From assembly GCF_028641065.1 (NCBI RefSeq), contig NC_073411.1, forward strand, positions 13,578,001-13,642,000: a stretch of DNA of 64,000 nucleotides, read 5' to 3'. Positions within the stretch are counted from its first letter, which is position 1, and every line of letters begins with the position of its first letter. The notes beneath the pieces were generated by a model, which made no database searches, had not been told where the DNA came from, and saw nothing but the letters and a program-made list of their open reading frames with translations. This DNA comes from Leucoraja erinacea (Eukaryota). Shown piece after piece: positions 24,201 through 37,300 of this stretch. Both the position numbers and the translations under genes were made by a program.

Positions 24201-25067
24201 AGCCATGTATGTTTTGCAAAGAAGACCTTCAGTACACTTAGGTGGATATAAAAAAGACACAAAGTGCTGGAGTAACTCAGCGGGACAGGCAACAGCTCTG
24301 CAGAGAAGGAATGGGTGACGTTTCAGGTCGAGACCCGAAACGTCACCCATTCCTTCTTTCCAGAGTTGTTGCCTGCCCCGCTGAGTTACTAAAGTATTTT
24401 GTGTCTATCTTTGGTTTTAACCAGCATCTGCAGTTCCTTCCTATACAAAAAAGCACTGTACATTTTGAAAAGATGGTAGTCCACACAACCCCAATCCTAT
24501 ATGTTTACCAGCAGGGTTGGTATACTTACTGTTGTGAAATCTTGCTCTAACTAAAATTGTTTTCCACATTTTCTATAAATGTAGAACTTCAATTTTTTTT
24601 TAAATGGTTTAAAAATGAAGAAGGGACTTGACCCAAAACGTCGCCCATTCCTTCTCTCCAGAGATGCTGTCTCACCCGTTGAGTTACTCTAGCGTTTTGT
24701 GTCTACCTTCATTGGTGTAAATGGTGTAAAAAGAAATTCCACATCACATCGAGTAACTGGGAGCACATTGCACTGGACAGGCTCTCCTGGAGGAAATCCG
24801 TGCAGGAAGGAGCTGCACGTCACAAAATGGAACTACGCTGTGTCGCAGAGACAAAGCAACAGCACCGTAAGGAGAGAGATAGAGAGAGAAGGGGGCTCGA
24901 CGCCTACCAACCACCGCCAGTCTCCACTGCCCACGTTGCACCAAGGTGTGTGGATCGCGGATCGGCCTCTACAGACATCTGCAGACCCACAAGTAGAAAA
25001 CCCTATGGAGAGGAGTGGACAGTCGCACTCGTTTCCAGTGACTGCGATGATGATGGAGTTTAGAATT

Positions 25068-25098
<31 letters not shown>

Positions 25099-25297
25099 TT
25101 ATTATTGGAGATAAGTACATAGTCTATTACATCATTACTGTCTTACATTTTTTAAAATGATAACATTGACAGTTATTATTACATTGTCTCCAATATTTTT
25201 TACATTTTTCTTCGTTTTTTTTTTATAACTAGATAGAACTAAAAGGATAGGTGAAATAGAGGGAAAGAAGAGGGAAAAAGAGGGGGAAAATAAAAGG

Positions 25298-25331
<34 letters not shown>

Positions 25332-28300
25332 AGAGAGGGGTGAAAAAGGTAATTAAGGAAGAATGGAAAAGTTTGTTTAAGTTTAAAGACATCATTCGAG
25401 ATATGTTCGTATATTTCAAAGTGTAGTATTTCATCCAATCTTTAGTCCGGGTGCTAGTCAGGTTCCTGTGCTGAACTATTCTGACCCTTTAAGTACTCAA
25501 TAAAAGGAGACCATGTTCCAACGAATAATTCCTGTTTGTCCAACAGGGCAAGTCTAATTCTTTCCACGTTTAAGGTCTCCGTCATTTCTATAATCCACAT
25601 TCTGATTGTGGGGGCCGTAGGGCCTTTCCAAAATTTTAGGATTAATTTTTTTCCTGTTATTAAACTGTAATCGATAAAGTTTCTTTGTGTTATTCTAAGT
25701 GTTTGATTTAATTCTAATATTCCGAGTATTATTAATTTTGAGTTTGGTTCCAGTTGTGTTTTGGTTACTTTGGATATTATACTAAAAATATTTACCCAAA
25801 AATTTTTAATTTTTGTACAGCTTGTAAACATGTGCGATAACGTAGCTTCTGAATGTTGACATTTATCACATATAGGTGAGATATGTTGAAAAATTTTATG
25901 TAATTTTGTTTTGGCGTAATGTAACCTATGTATTACTTTAAATTGTATTAGAGAGTGTCTGGCGTTTAGTGAACACTGATGTATGTGTTGTAAACTTTCT
26001 TCCCAAGTGTCTTTCGTTATTACCTGATTTAATTCTTTTTCCCATGCTTGTCTATGTAAGTCCGTCATAGGGATGTCACTGTCTAATAAGATATTATATA
26101 TAAAAGATATTAATTTTTCTGTATTAGGATGCTTATTCCAACATTCGTCAAGAATCTCTGGGTTTCTATTTCGAAAGTTTTTAGAATTTGATTTAACATA
26201 ATTTCTAAGTTGAAGATATCTGAAATAATCATTCCCTCGAAGTCCATAAACCTGTTGCAACTCCTGAAATGTCAAAAAAGAGCCTTCCTTGTAAAGGTGT
26301 CCCATATTTTTAATTCCATTATTCTTCCATTGTGTAAAACCCCCGTCTAAACATGAAGGCTTAAACAATGAATTATTCACGATTGGAAGAGAAAGAGATA
26401 AGTTATCTAATTTTAATGTATTTTCATATGTTGATGATTACATTGAAATATTGCTTTCTTTTCTCGCAGATTCGTCAAGATGATACCAGTTCATCTATTA
26501 ACTTTTTAACAAGAGTAACCGGAATAGGGTAAGTTCTGACGGTAATAACATTTATCACAGTGGAACTTAATTATCTGGCTAAATGGAGGGGATCCCATCT
26601 ATCCCAATAATGTTTGTTGCTAATGCCAGTATAGTTTAGTTTCTTATTGTCACATGTACTGAGGTACAGTGAAAAGCTTTTGTTGTGTGCTAACAACACT
26701 CAATAGAAAGACAATATGGATATCAATGAGTTAGTGCTTTGAGAGTTACAGCAATGACAGTAAGAAAGATCTGCAGATGCCGGGTATAAATCGAAGGTAG
26801 ACACAAAATCCTGGAGTAACTCAGCGGGTGAGGCAGCATCTCTGGAGAGAAGGAATCTGCGATGGTTTGAGGACGTTTACCAGGAGGCAGTTTAAGAGAT
26901 TGGAGACCTCGGAGGTTTTCAGCTCAGAATAAGGAAAAAATATGTTTATCTGATGGCGTAAGGGCTAAGATTTGCCACGTTAAATGAATTAGTGTCCTGA
27001 TCAATTTAAAATAATGGGCAAAAGAGAAATAACGGGAAGGATGTGAAATAATTTGGAAGGTATTTAAACGGGATTGAACCCAGTCATGTACTAATGCATG
27101 TTGCTACTTTGCAGACCTGCCGCAGCGAGAAAGTTTGTGGAGGAGGGAATCAAGACTTTGGATGGTACGGTATTTGAGCCCACATTTTTTTAAACTACAA
27201 CAACACCAGGCTGTAAAGTTACAATCTTAACTAAAAACATTTATTGCCCATAAATAAAATTACATATGAAAATGTTCCTTTAATACTTTACTATGTATGT
27301 GCAATCTATTTCCTGAAAATGCAAATTATTTATTTCACTTCAGCGTTCTGTTAATGATTGGTCATTCATAATGAAAAGCAAAAAATCAGCAGTTAAGAAA
27401 AAAGAAATCAGAAAATGCTGGAGATACACAGCAGGCCATGCAACATGTCTAGTTTAGTTTAGTTTAGTTTAGTTTAGAGATGCAGCCGTTTGGAAGACCG
27501 AGTCCACGCCGACCTGCAATCACTCCTATGCTAATTCCATCCTACACATTTGAATGTGGCAGGAAACCAGAGCACCCGGAGGAAACCCATGTGGTCACAG
27601 GGAGAACTTACAAACTCCAGTAGTCAGCATCGAACATGGGTCTCTGATGCTCTACAGGGTCCTCCATTTTGAGCATTTACAATTGGGGATGAGTAAGAGG
27701 TTACATCTAGAGAACTATGGGGCTGAAGTTGAATATAGGGATGGGAAGGTAAAGTGTTAAGTGCACAGCTCAAACCCATTTACATGGCCACTGTGATGAT
27801 CATCTTTAAATGTACCGCTCTTTGAGAGAGGAACAGTTAGCCCTCTGGAACGGGAAACCAATTTGATCTAAGTCTTGGCAGTAATTTTTTCCTGTCATTT
27901 GAAGTCTAAATGGCTATTAATGATTTGAAATATAATTTCTCTGATCTACAGATCTGAGAGAGAATGAACACATACTGAATTACCATCAGCGGATTGGCTT
28001 GAAGTAAGTGTTTTTGTAGAGGAGCCATTTTGTCATAAATGAAATGTGATACAGCATGGGATCAAGTATTAATGGTGAAAGATTTGGTGCAGTGAGCAAC
28101 TTTGCTTGCTGCACATTGTTTGTTGTGGTGCCTACAATCATCATAGTGTTTTACACAGTCTCTTCAGCCCAACTTGCCCACAATGACCAACGTGGCAACG
28201 TGAGCCTGAAGTCTAACGTCCAGGTTCAGGAACAGCTACTTCCCCACAGCGTTCAGGCTATAAAACACAACAAATAAGCTACGAGCTCTGAACTGCAAAA

Positions 28301-31300
28301 GACTATATTATTATTTGTTTTGCACTATATTTGTTATTTATTGAACTTTTTTATTTCTCTGGCGTTATATACAATGTTTACATATTCACATATTCTGTTG
28401 TGCTGCAGCAAGTAAGAATTTCATTGTCCCGTCCGGGACATATGACAATAAAACACTCTTGACTCTTGACAAGCCCCATCAACACTCGTCCCACCTGCCT
28501 GTGTTTGGCCCACATCCTTCTAAACCAGACCTGTTCACGTACCTGTCCAAACATTGTCTTCTAAACATTGTGGTCATACCTGCCTCAACTACCTCCTCTG
28601 GCAGCTCGTTCCATACACCCACCACACTTTCCGTTTAAAAAAAAAAAAAAAAAAAAAAAAGTTGCCTCTCAGGTTCCTAGTAAATCTTTTCCCTCTGCGA
28701 GTTTGTGAGTTTGCCAGAATAGCAGAGAGAGCAAAAGTGAGAGTCTGAAAGAGGGCAGCACTCTCTGTCTTAAATTATTGTTAATCACTAAAACCTTTGC
28801 AGTCCTCTTTGGACCCAGACATTCACCATTCTCTGCAAGAGTGTAAATATCTTATCTATTGGTCATTTTGAGGAAAATTACTTTGAAGGGACAGTAATAT
28901 TGGCAAAGAGCTTGCGGTCAAAATGATTTTATACAACACAAAATGGGCGGAATACGATTTTTAGAGAATTGACAGGCAGGTGTATGTTACATTTAAATCT
29001 GAAAGGCGAAGTATATCTTTGTAATCAGAGCCTTGCAGCCATTAATTAAAGTTTGACTGTACCCATTGTAATTTCAAGTTGGAGGAAGTAGTTTTAAGGG
29101 AATTCACGATTCAGCCAGCTATTTTGTTTTACTCCTTGGTTAAGAAAGCTAGTTTGCACCTGCTAAATCTTCCTGTTGTGCTTTAAAGGATATGGAGACT
29201 AATCTGAAATTATCCACAATGATTGAGCATTAATTTTCCCAATAGATTAACCTTCAAGACTTCAAAATGTTTTACGTTAAGGACACATCCTTTGCGTTTA
29301 ATTTGTTTGCTGATTTGATACACAGGCTAAAATTGTTGGGGAAAAATTTAATCATTTAATTTCATTTTTTTAGATAGTTTTTCTTAAATGTGAGCAATTG
29401 TGTAGTGCAGGTATTTGCTCGATATGCTAAAGCCCTCTGGTGGCAAAAAAAAGGATAACTAAACAACTTCTAGTTTTGGACAATAAGATCATGTGATATG
29501 TGGAGAATTAGGCCATTCGGCCCATCAAGTCTACTCTGCCAATCAATCATGGCTGATCTATCTCTCCCTCCTAACCCCATTCTCCTGCCTTCTCCCCATA
29601 GCCTTTGACAATAACTTAGTCACACTGCTACATGTAATAATTGTGGAAATATTTATCTTGTAATGGGTTTCAAAACGGAGTCTGGGCAGTAACACAATGT
29701 TTAATGTGGATCGCACAATTATAGTTTGGATCTGAAACTTGAGTTTCTACCTTGTGCTTCATGTTAGTTAGTATATTATATGCGGTGCAGGAGGATTGGC
29801 GAGATATGAAGGTAGTCCCTTGCTATTGTGGCAAAGTAGTTGTTATTTTTCATTGATGCTAAACCTGAATCATTTAAAAGTAAGGGGTGACCTGAATTAA
29901 GTCATGCAGGATAACAGAGAGAACTTTTAACTGAACATTTAACCTACAGGTGATCTATAATAGGCCAGTTCAGGTGGAATTACTTTCCAATTACTAAATG
30001 CTGATAGTTATTTTATTGATTTCTGTAGGTATTTTGAGGACTTTGAAAAGCGAATTCCTCGGACAGAAATGGTGAAAATGCAGGTAAGGCAAAGAGACCT
30101 CAAACTGGGTAAGATATGTAGGAAAGAACTGCAGATCGAAGATAGACACAAAATGCTGGAGTAACTCAGCTGGACAGGCAGCGTCTCTGGAGAGAAGGAA
30201 TGGGTGACGTTTCGGGTCTCAATTAGAGATACAGCGCGGAAACATGCCCTTCGGCCCACTGAGCCCACCGATCAGCGATCCCCACACACTAACACTATTC
30301 TACACACACTAGGGGCAATTTTTACATTTATAGCAAGCCAATTAACCTACAAACCTGCATGTCTTTGGAGTGTGGGAGGAAACCGAAGTTCTCAGAGAAA
30401 ACCCACACAGGTCACGGGGAGAACGTACAAACTCCGTACAGACAGCACCCGGGACTCTAGCGCTATAAGGCAGCAACTCTACCGCTGAACCACAGTGCCA
30501 TCCTTAAACTTTGTAGTTACTTCATTGGTCTCAAGGCTTGGGAGGTTCTGACGTAATGGAAGGAATTGCACAAATGCGTTTTATTTCCCCTTTTGACCTC
30601 TACTGCAATTTTTGTTTTAATCGAAAATTCTTGTTCTCTTTTGAAAACTTGTTGAAATTGGTTCTAAGAAGCCATCGGTCAAATTTTCCTGTCTTTAGTC
30701 CTCTGGTTTTTCACCATGAGCCATTGGAAACTATTTCATGCTACTTATTTAAACCTTTCATGATTTTCACATTTGCATCTAATCTCCAGTTAGCCTTCCC
30801 CTGCTGCAAGGAGAACAATCCCAAACTCTATGGATGATTTATAAAACACCGATGAATAGTTGGGGATAATGAATTCCTGTAATCATTTAGTATCTCTCCA
30901 CTCTTTAGGAAAAGCTCTAGTCGCCAAATTTCTTGTTTTATTTCTGGGCAGTCCATATTAAAAACATGAATTTCTGGCTGGAAGAAATGGATCAACAACC
31001 AGATTGGTTAAGGATGGAAAAGGAAGGCTGTTTACCTTTTGAAATTAGTCCGATTATATTTGCTCCCACAAAACTGCACAAAAAAACCTATAAGGAAAAC
31101 CCTATAATACAGAGTGGAATACGAATTTGGAAACAATTAAAAAAAGCTTTAAAATGGAATAATATACCACTATGCCTTCCCATTGTAACTAATCGTTTAT
31201 TCAAGCCATCCATATTGGATAAAGGTTTCACACAAAGGAAAAACTGCCACACCATTCCTAAGTTTGGTCCTTAGCAATTATCATTCCCTGAATATCTATG

Positions 31301-34300
31301 TGCCGATCCAGACCCCTATTAAATGCCACCATTGTATCCGCCACAATTGGCAGCGTGTTCCTGGCACACACCGCCTTCCTTCTGTGTAAGACTAAAACAC
31401 TTGCCCCGCACATCTCCTTTAAACATTGCCTGCATATGATCCCTGCATATCCACTTAATTTTACCACAGTAGAGTTGAAGTAAATGAAAGATCTGCCCCA
31501 CAGTCACGAATGTCACTTCTGCTTTTACTTAGCATCGTGAATTTTAATTATTTTTGTCTCTTTTACTCTTTAGGCTATAGCTCTGCGGGAAGTGGAAAAA
31601 TTAGATTCTAAATATGTCGCCACCGTTTGTGGCAGCTTCAGACGAGGTTGGTACATTCCGCTTTCTGCATTAGCAAAAAGAAAAATAGCAAATGGAATAC
31701 TTGCTCTTTTGCCTAAACCAGGATACCATTTGATGATTTATCTGCTTTAAAAGTAGATAAATTAAAAAAAATCGGATCAAATTGCTAAGGATGTGTGCAA
31801 ATTCACAGTGTGCTGAAGGGGACTGGATAAGCTCTCACTGGGGCTGACTGCGGGGCTTGAAAAAAAACAGGAGAACATATCACTTGTGCTCTTGAGACTT
31901 ATCCACTCCTCTTCAATGTCTCCATCTCTACCACATCTGCTCCCAAGATGAGGCTTTCCATCCGAGATGTCTTCTTTCGTTAGTAAACGTGGTTTCCCCT
32001 CCCCCGCTGACACAGATGGAACCTTGAACCATGTCTCCTCCGTGGCCAGTGTTTCTGCTTTTGCTCCCCCTCCCCCCAGGCGCAACTAGGACAGAGTTCC
32101 CCATGTCCTTATTTTTCACCCGACTTGCCTCCGCACATCATTGTCTCTACTTAATAACATTTATAATACTTTCCTTTAAAGTGATTGAGCTGATAGAGGA
32201 TGTGCTGTTACAGTTTTATGACCACCAGTTTTTCTTTATCTGTTCACTATTTCTATTTGTTTAATGACTACTAAATGCAAAAAAAAAATGTAGGGAGAAT
32301 GGATCAAAAGCAATATTCCTCAGTGTTCTCTCTTGTTCTCAGGCGCTGAGTCCAGTGGTGATATGGATATTCTCTTGACTCATCCGGACTATACCTCGGA
32401 ATCATTAAAAAAGGTACGTTGCTTTCTAGAGATGTCAGTTTACAATGTAATGTGTTAGTATTCAGCACCAAGTCATGTCATATGGGTTTCAGTTGTACAA
32501 GAAGGTGATTCATCCTCACAGATGCATTTGGCAATGGATGGACAACACTTGTTGGCCTTGGATGTGAATGAATAATGAAAAGCTATACCTGTTTCTGCTG
32601 GCCTGCAGTGTAGTCTATTATAATAATCCCTGAATACATTTAAATGGTTTCATTGACCTCTCCCCATTTTGTTTATTAAAACACAGAGTGCCGGAGGAAC
32701 TCTGCAGGTCAGGCAGCATCCGTGGGGAGTGGACACTGCCTGATCTGTTGACTTCCTCTGGTGTTTTGATGGAGCTTCCAGCATCTGCAGTTTCCCATTC
32801 TACCTACCCTGGGACAAGGTGTGTGCTTCCTATACTTAGTCATGGCCATGCATTTTGTTCAGATTCAGGCATTGTTCAACAGCAGAGGGCACTGTACTTC
32901 TTCCCTAGGATGCAGATAGACTGAAGGAATTAGATGCCAGTGCTGAACTCAAATAGCTTTAAACATTTTTTAATTGCTGAAAACCGTGTCTTTGCAAGAG
33001 GATGCTCACGTTGCAGTATTAAACTACAGAATAAAGACTGAATGCTTTAATATAGGAAATAAATCCTGCAGACATGGCTATGAATAAGGTTACCTTTGGT
33101 CACCTTTTGAAGGAATTTGTGAAAAGTTCAGTTTAGTTTATTGTCACGTGTACCGAGGGACAGTGAGCCTGCCATACCAATTTGATGGGAGTTGAGGGAG
33201 AGTAATTAGGTCAAACTTTGCAATGCAAGAATAATTTCAAAGCTACTTTCATATGACATCTTTAGGCCATTCTCAATATTGAATGTGGACAAAAATGCTG
33301 GAGAAACTCAGCGGGTGCAGCAGCATCTATGGAGCGAAGGAAATTTTTTTCCTTCGCTCCATAGATGCTGCCGCACCCGCTGAGTTTCTCCAGCATTTTT
33401 GTCTACCTTCGATTTTCCAGCATCTGCAGTTCCTTCTTAAATTATATTGAATGGATTGTTCTGATTCCATTTTCAGGTTTCTTGCATAAATAACTATCAC
33501 CTGGATGGTGTCTAGTTTATTTTTTAATTGTCACGTGTACCGAGGCAAGGCTTTTTTGTTGCTTGCTGTCCAGTCAGCGAAAAGACTATATGTGGTTACA
33601 ATCAAGCCATCCACAGGTCTGTTCGATGATGAGCCAACATCTTTTTGAGATTCATTTTGAAGATACAAAATAAAGGATTTCCCAAGGAGTAGTACATTAG
33701 CAGAAAACGAGTGGGAAAATTGGCTGGGAAAGAAATCTGACAAAAATGCTAAGCGACTTAAAAGTTCCGCTTTAAACCATTTAGACGGTTTCATGTTAAC
33801 ATCATGTAGCAATGTTACAAAATTTTGAGATTAAAAAAATCAAGTCTGTAATTTATCCCATCAGATAAACCATAAAAAGAAGTTTAATTTGACACCTAAT
33901 TCACTTTCATATCTCAAGTATTTAAAAAGTTATGGCCATTTTCATACTCGGAAATTAGCATCTTGTTCCCTATTGATTTTCTATGGACATAACAAAAAAG
34001 CTGTGATCGTGTGCTGTCAAAAGGCCATAACCTTCTTAAAAATTAAGAGAACTGAATGAAATTTTCAGTTATCGTAGATTGAACCATTCTGAAACAAATA
34101 TGAAATAATCTTACTTGGATGACCTGAAATTAAAACATATAATTAGTTACCCAAGTGTAGCTAATTTCAAACTTCAATTACTAGATCTAAACATCTATCC
34201 ATTTCTTAATAAATGATTAACATTTTTAAATAGCCCAAGTGTCCAAATAATATTCATAAATAATTCTCAATAAAACATGATTTTGAAATCTCATTTACAT

Positions 34301-37300
34301 TAATTTATAGGCCAAATGGAAGGAATTTAGTGTTCAATTGCTGTAAATTAAAGTCCATTTTAAATCAGCTTTCTAGTGGGTTCCTGTGAACGCGCTGGTT
34401 TAGAACGTTCACATTGCAGTAGATTTGTGCCTTCAAATGCCCAGAAAAATACTGCAGGATATAAAGAGCCCAAAATTAGCTACTCGCAATAGTAACTTTG
34501 TATAAAGGGTTCTAAAGAAACCCTTTTTAATGTAAAAATAAGGTACATACCTTTAATTGTTTGTTTTATAAAACCCTGGGGCTGCGAGAGGTCGCGGGTT
34601 TAGAGAGTGATTTTTAAACTACTATAACTATTATACAAGGCCATAAAAACTAATATTACCTTTTGCGACGGGGTCTTTCAGCGATTTTTCATTAATGATT
34701 TACTAGGCTGAACATTTTCGATTGCAACAGCCTAGTAAAAATCGCGTTTTAAACCCGCCCCCTCTAAACAGCGCCAAAATCGCGCACACGGGCTGGGGCA
34801 AATTCTCAACGACGATTCAGGTAGGTTTTGCAACATACCTACATCATGCCGTGCAACTTTACCACATTTTGAAATTAATTTGTTTACAATCGTTGAGGCT
34901 ACATGTGCATTTAATTTTAATCCCACTTCACTAGCCATGGTAAGGAACCAATTCCCATTTGACTTTTCACCTCATTAAACCGTGCATAGTAGCACCATTA
35001 TAGTATGTCATTTGATAAATGGGATTCTAGTTTGATCACTGATGTTGCTAATTCACTCCTGGCACCACGAGTGGACACAGCAAGGAAACTAAATCCAGCA
35101 TTGCCAGGCTACTTACTAGAATGCCAGAAGAAGATTGAAGCAAAGTGGTTTGGACAAAGGGGAATGGTGCATAGTTGGTGAAACTAACTGAGAAGTTGAA
35201 AATATTGTGATGGGCATTAATGACAGACCTAATGGTTGAATTTGATCAAACTGACCCTTCACTGAATGTTAGCACCATGGAATTCATAGGAGTTTAGTTT
35301 ATTGTCACGTGTGCTGAGGTTCAGTGAAAAGCTTTTGTTGTGTGCTATCCAGTCAGCAGAAAGACAATACACGATTACAATCGATCCATTCACAATGTAT
35401 AGACCCATGATAAGGGAATAACGTTTAGTGCAAGGTAAAGCCAGCAAAGTCCAATCAAGGATAGTCTGAGGGTCGCCAGTGAGGTAGATAGTAGTTCAGG
35501 ACTGCTCGCTTGTTGCGATAGGATGATTCAGTTGCCTGATAACAGCTGGGAGAAGTGCTGCCCATTAGAAGTGATATTTTGACCTGCCATTTAATGATCT
35601 CAGCAAACCTCTGTGTGAAGGCCTTTTACTGGTGGATTTCTGCCTGACAGAACATTGTAGACACTGATAGTAGGAATGGGTGACTGAAGAAGGGTCTCGA
35701 CCCGAAATGTCAGCCATTCCTTCTATCCAGAGATGCTGCCTGGCCCTTTCCATAGGTGAGAAATAAAAATGAAACTGTGATTGACTACAAGATGTCAACT
35801 GTCAGTTTGTAAATTGTGGGAGGAAGGGAGGGCTGAAGGAAGGGTTAAGCTCGGATAAATCCTAGATCGAGGTTGGCAATGATGTGATGAGTTTTGATTT
35901 CAACAAAGTGGCCATGAGTCACAGAGTTGCGTGGAAGCAGACCCTTTCAGCCATTGAGAAGGAAGAGCTATTAGATATCAGGGTGATGTATTGCCTGGCG
36001 TGGATGAGATCTCTCTCAGTTGCCATGGCAAACAAGGGAGCCCTTACAAAGATTTTTGCTGGATTGGTGTGGATGAGAAAAATGTTGGCATGGACTCGAT
36101 GGGCCAAAGGGCCAGTATATGAGCTGTGCAATTCCATGACTGTATACTGAATCACAAAGTCAGCTGTTTGAGAAGTCAGGAACTCAATAGTTCAGACAGC
36201 AGTTGCAGAGGGAATGGGCAGACAACATGAAGTGCTGGAGGACCTCAGCATGTCAGGCAGCAACTGTGCAGGCTTCATCACTCCCTCCCTAGATGCTGAC
36301 TGTCCCTCTGTGATCCTCCAGTACTTGGTTTATTTGCTCAAGATTCAGGCATCTGCAGTTTTTTGTGTCTCTTTATTTCTGAATATGCAATGAGTTGTCT
36401 TTTAATATAAAATAATCAATAAATGCAGCAAAATATCTCTCCTGAATAGCAAGTTTAGCCTGATCTTTGCCAATTTCCATTGACTTATCCATTCACATGC
36501 TGTTATTTCATTTGTATTTTATTTATTTGGGCTGAGACCACAGGATTTATGTTGTTCCCTTTCAAATATACTTTCCCCACAACAAAACTGCTGCTAATTA
36601 AGCAAGTGAGAAAATAAATAGAATTCTCACATCTTGATGAGATTATGTTAACCTATATATAGAAATGCAACACAATTAAACTCTCATGCTTTCCAGAACA
36701 GAAAAAAATAGAAAATATTCACCAGTTCTAGCCATTTATGTCACAGTTGAAATAGAATAACAGACTTAACATTTAGTCAGTGATAGCCATTTGGCACAAA
36801 GGATAATTCCCGTATGTGCCATGTGTGCCTAATACTGTGACCCAGCATTTTAATTGAATGTCATTTGGGATCAGAGGAGATTTGCAAGGCTAACAAATGC
36901 AGTGATCATAAGGCGTTTAGTATTTAGATATCTTTACAGCCTAGGATTTACAGTATTAAATTCATTGTCGCTTTCCACCCCTTAGCATAGAGGATAAATT
37001 CCAGACACTGGAAAATAATGTATGAATGGGGAGAGAGGAAGCAAGCATTCTCTTTATGGTTTACTATAATATAGTCATACAGCACGGAAACAGGCCCTCC
37101 CTTCAGCCTGACACGCGTCTACACTCGTCCCACCTGCCTAAGTATGGCCCATATCTCTCTGATCCTTTCCTAACCATGTACCTGTCCAACTGCCTTTTAA
37201 ATGTTGTTTATAGCACTTTTATCAACTACCTCCCCTGGCAGCTCGTTCCACTTACCCACCACCCTCTGTGTGAAAAGTCACCCCTTGGGTTCCTATTAAA

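Noticed and set aside
33531-33812. Minus-strand ORF as another cytokine exon
   Set aside because: No splice signals or convincing motif, and it partly overlaps repeats
35671-35720. Hammerhead with an extended stem I
   Set aside because: The flanking complementarity comes from the inverted duplication and pairs the cleavage triplet in the wrong register; helix III is also mutated (GAAAT)
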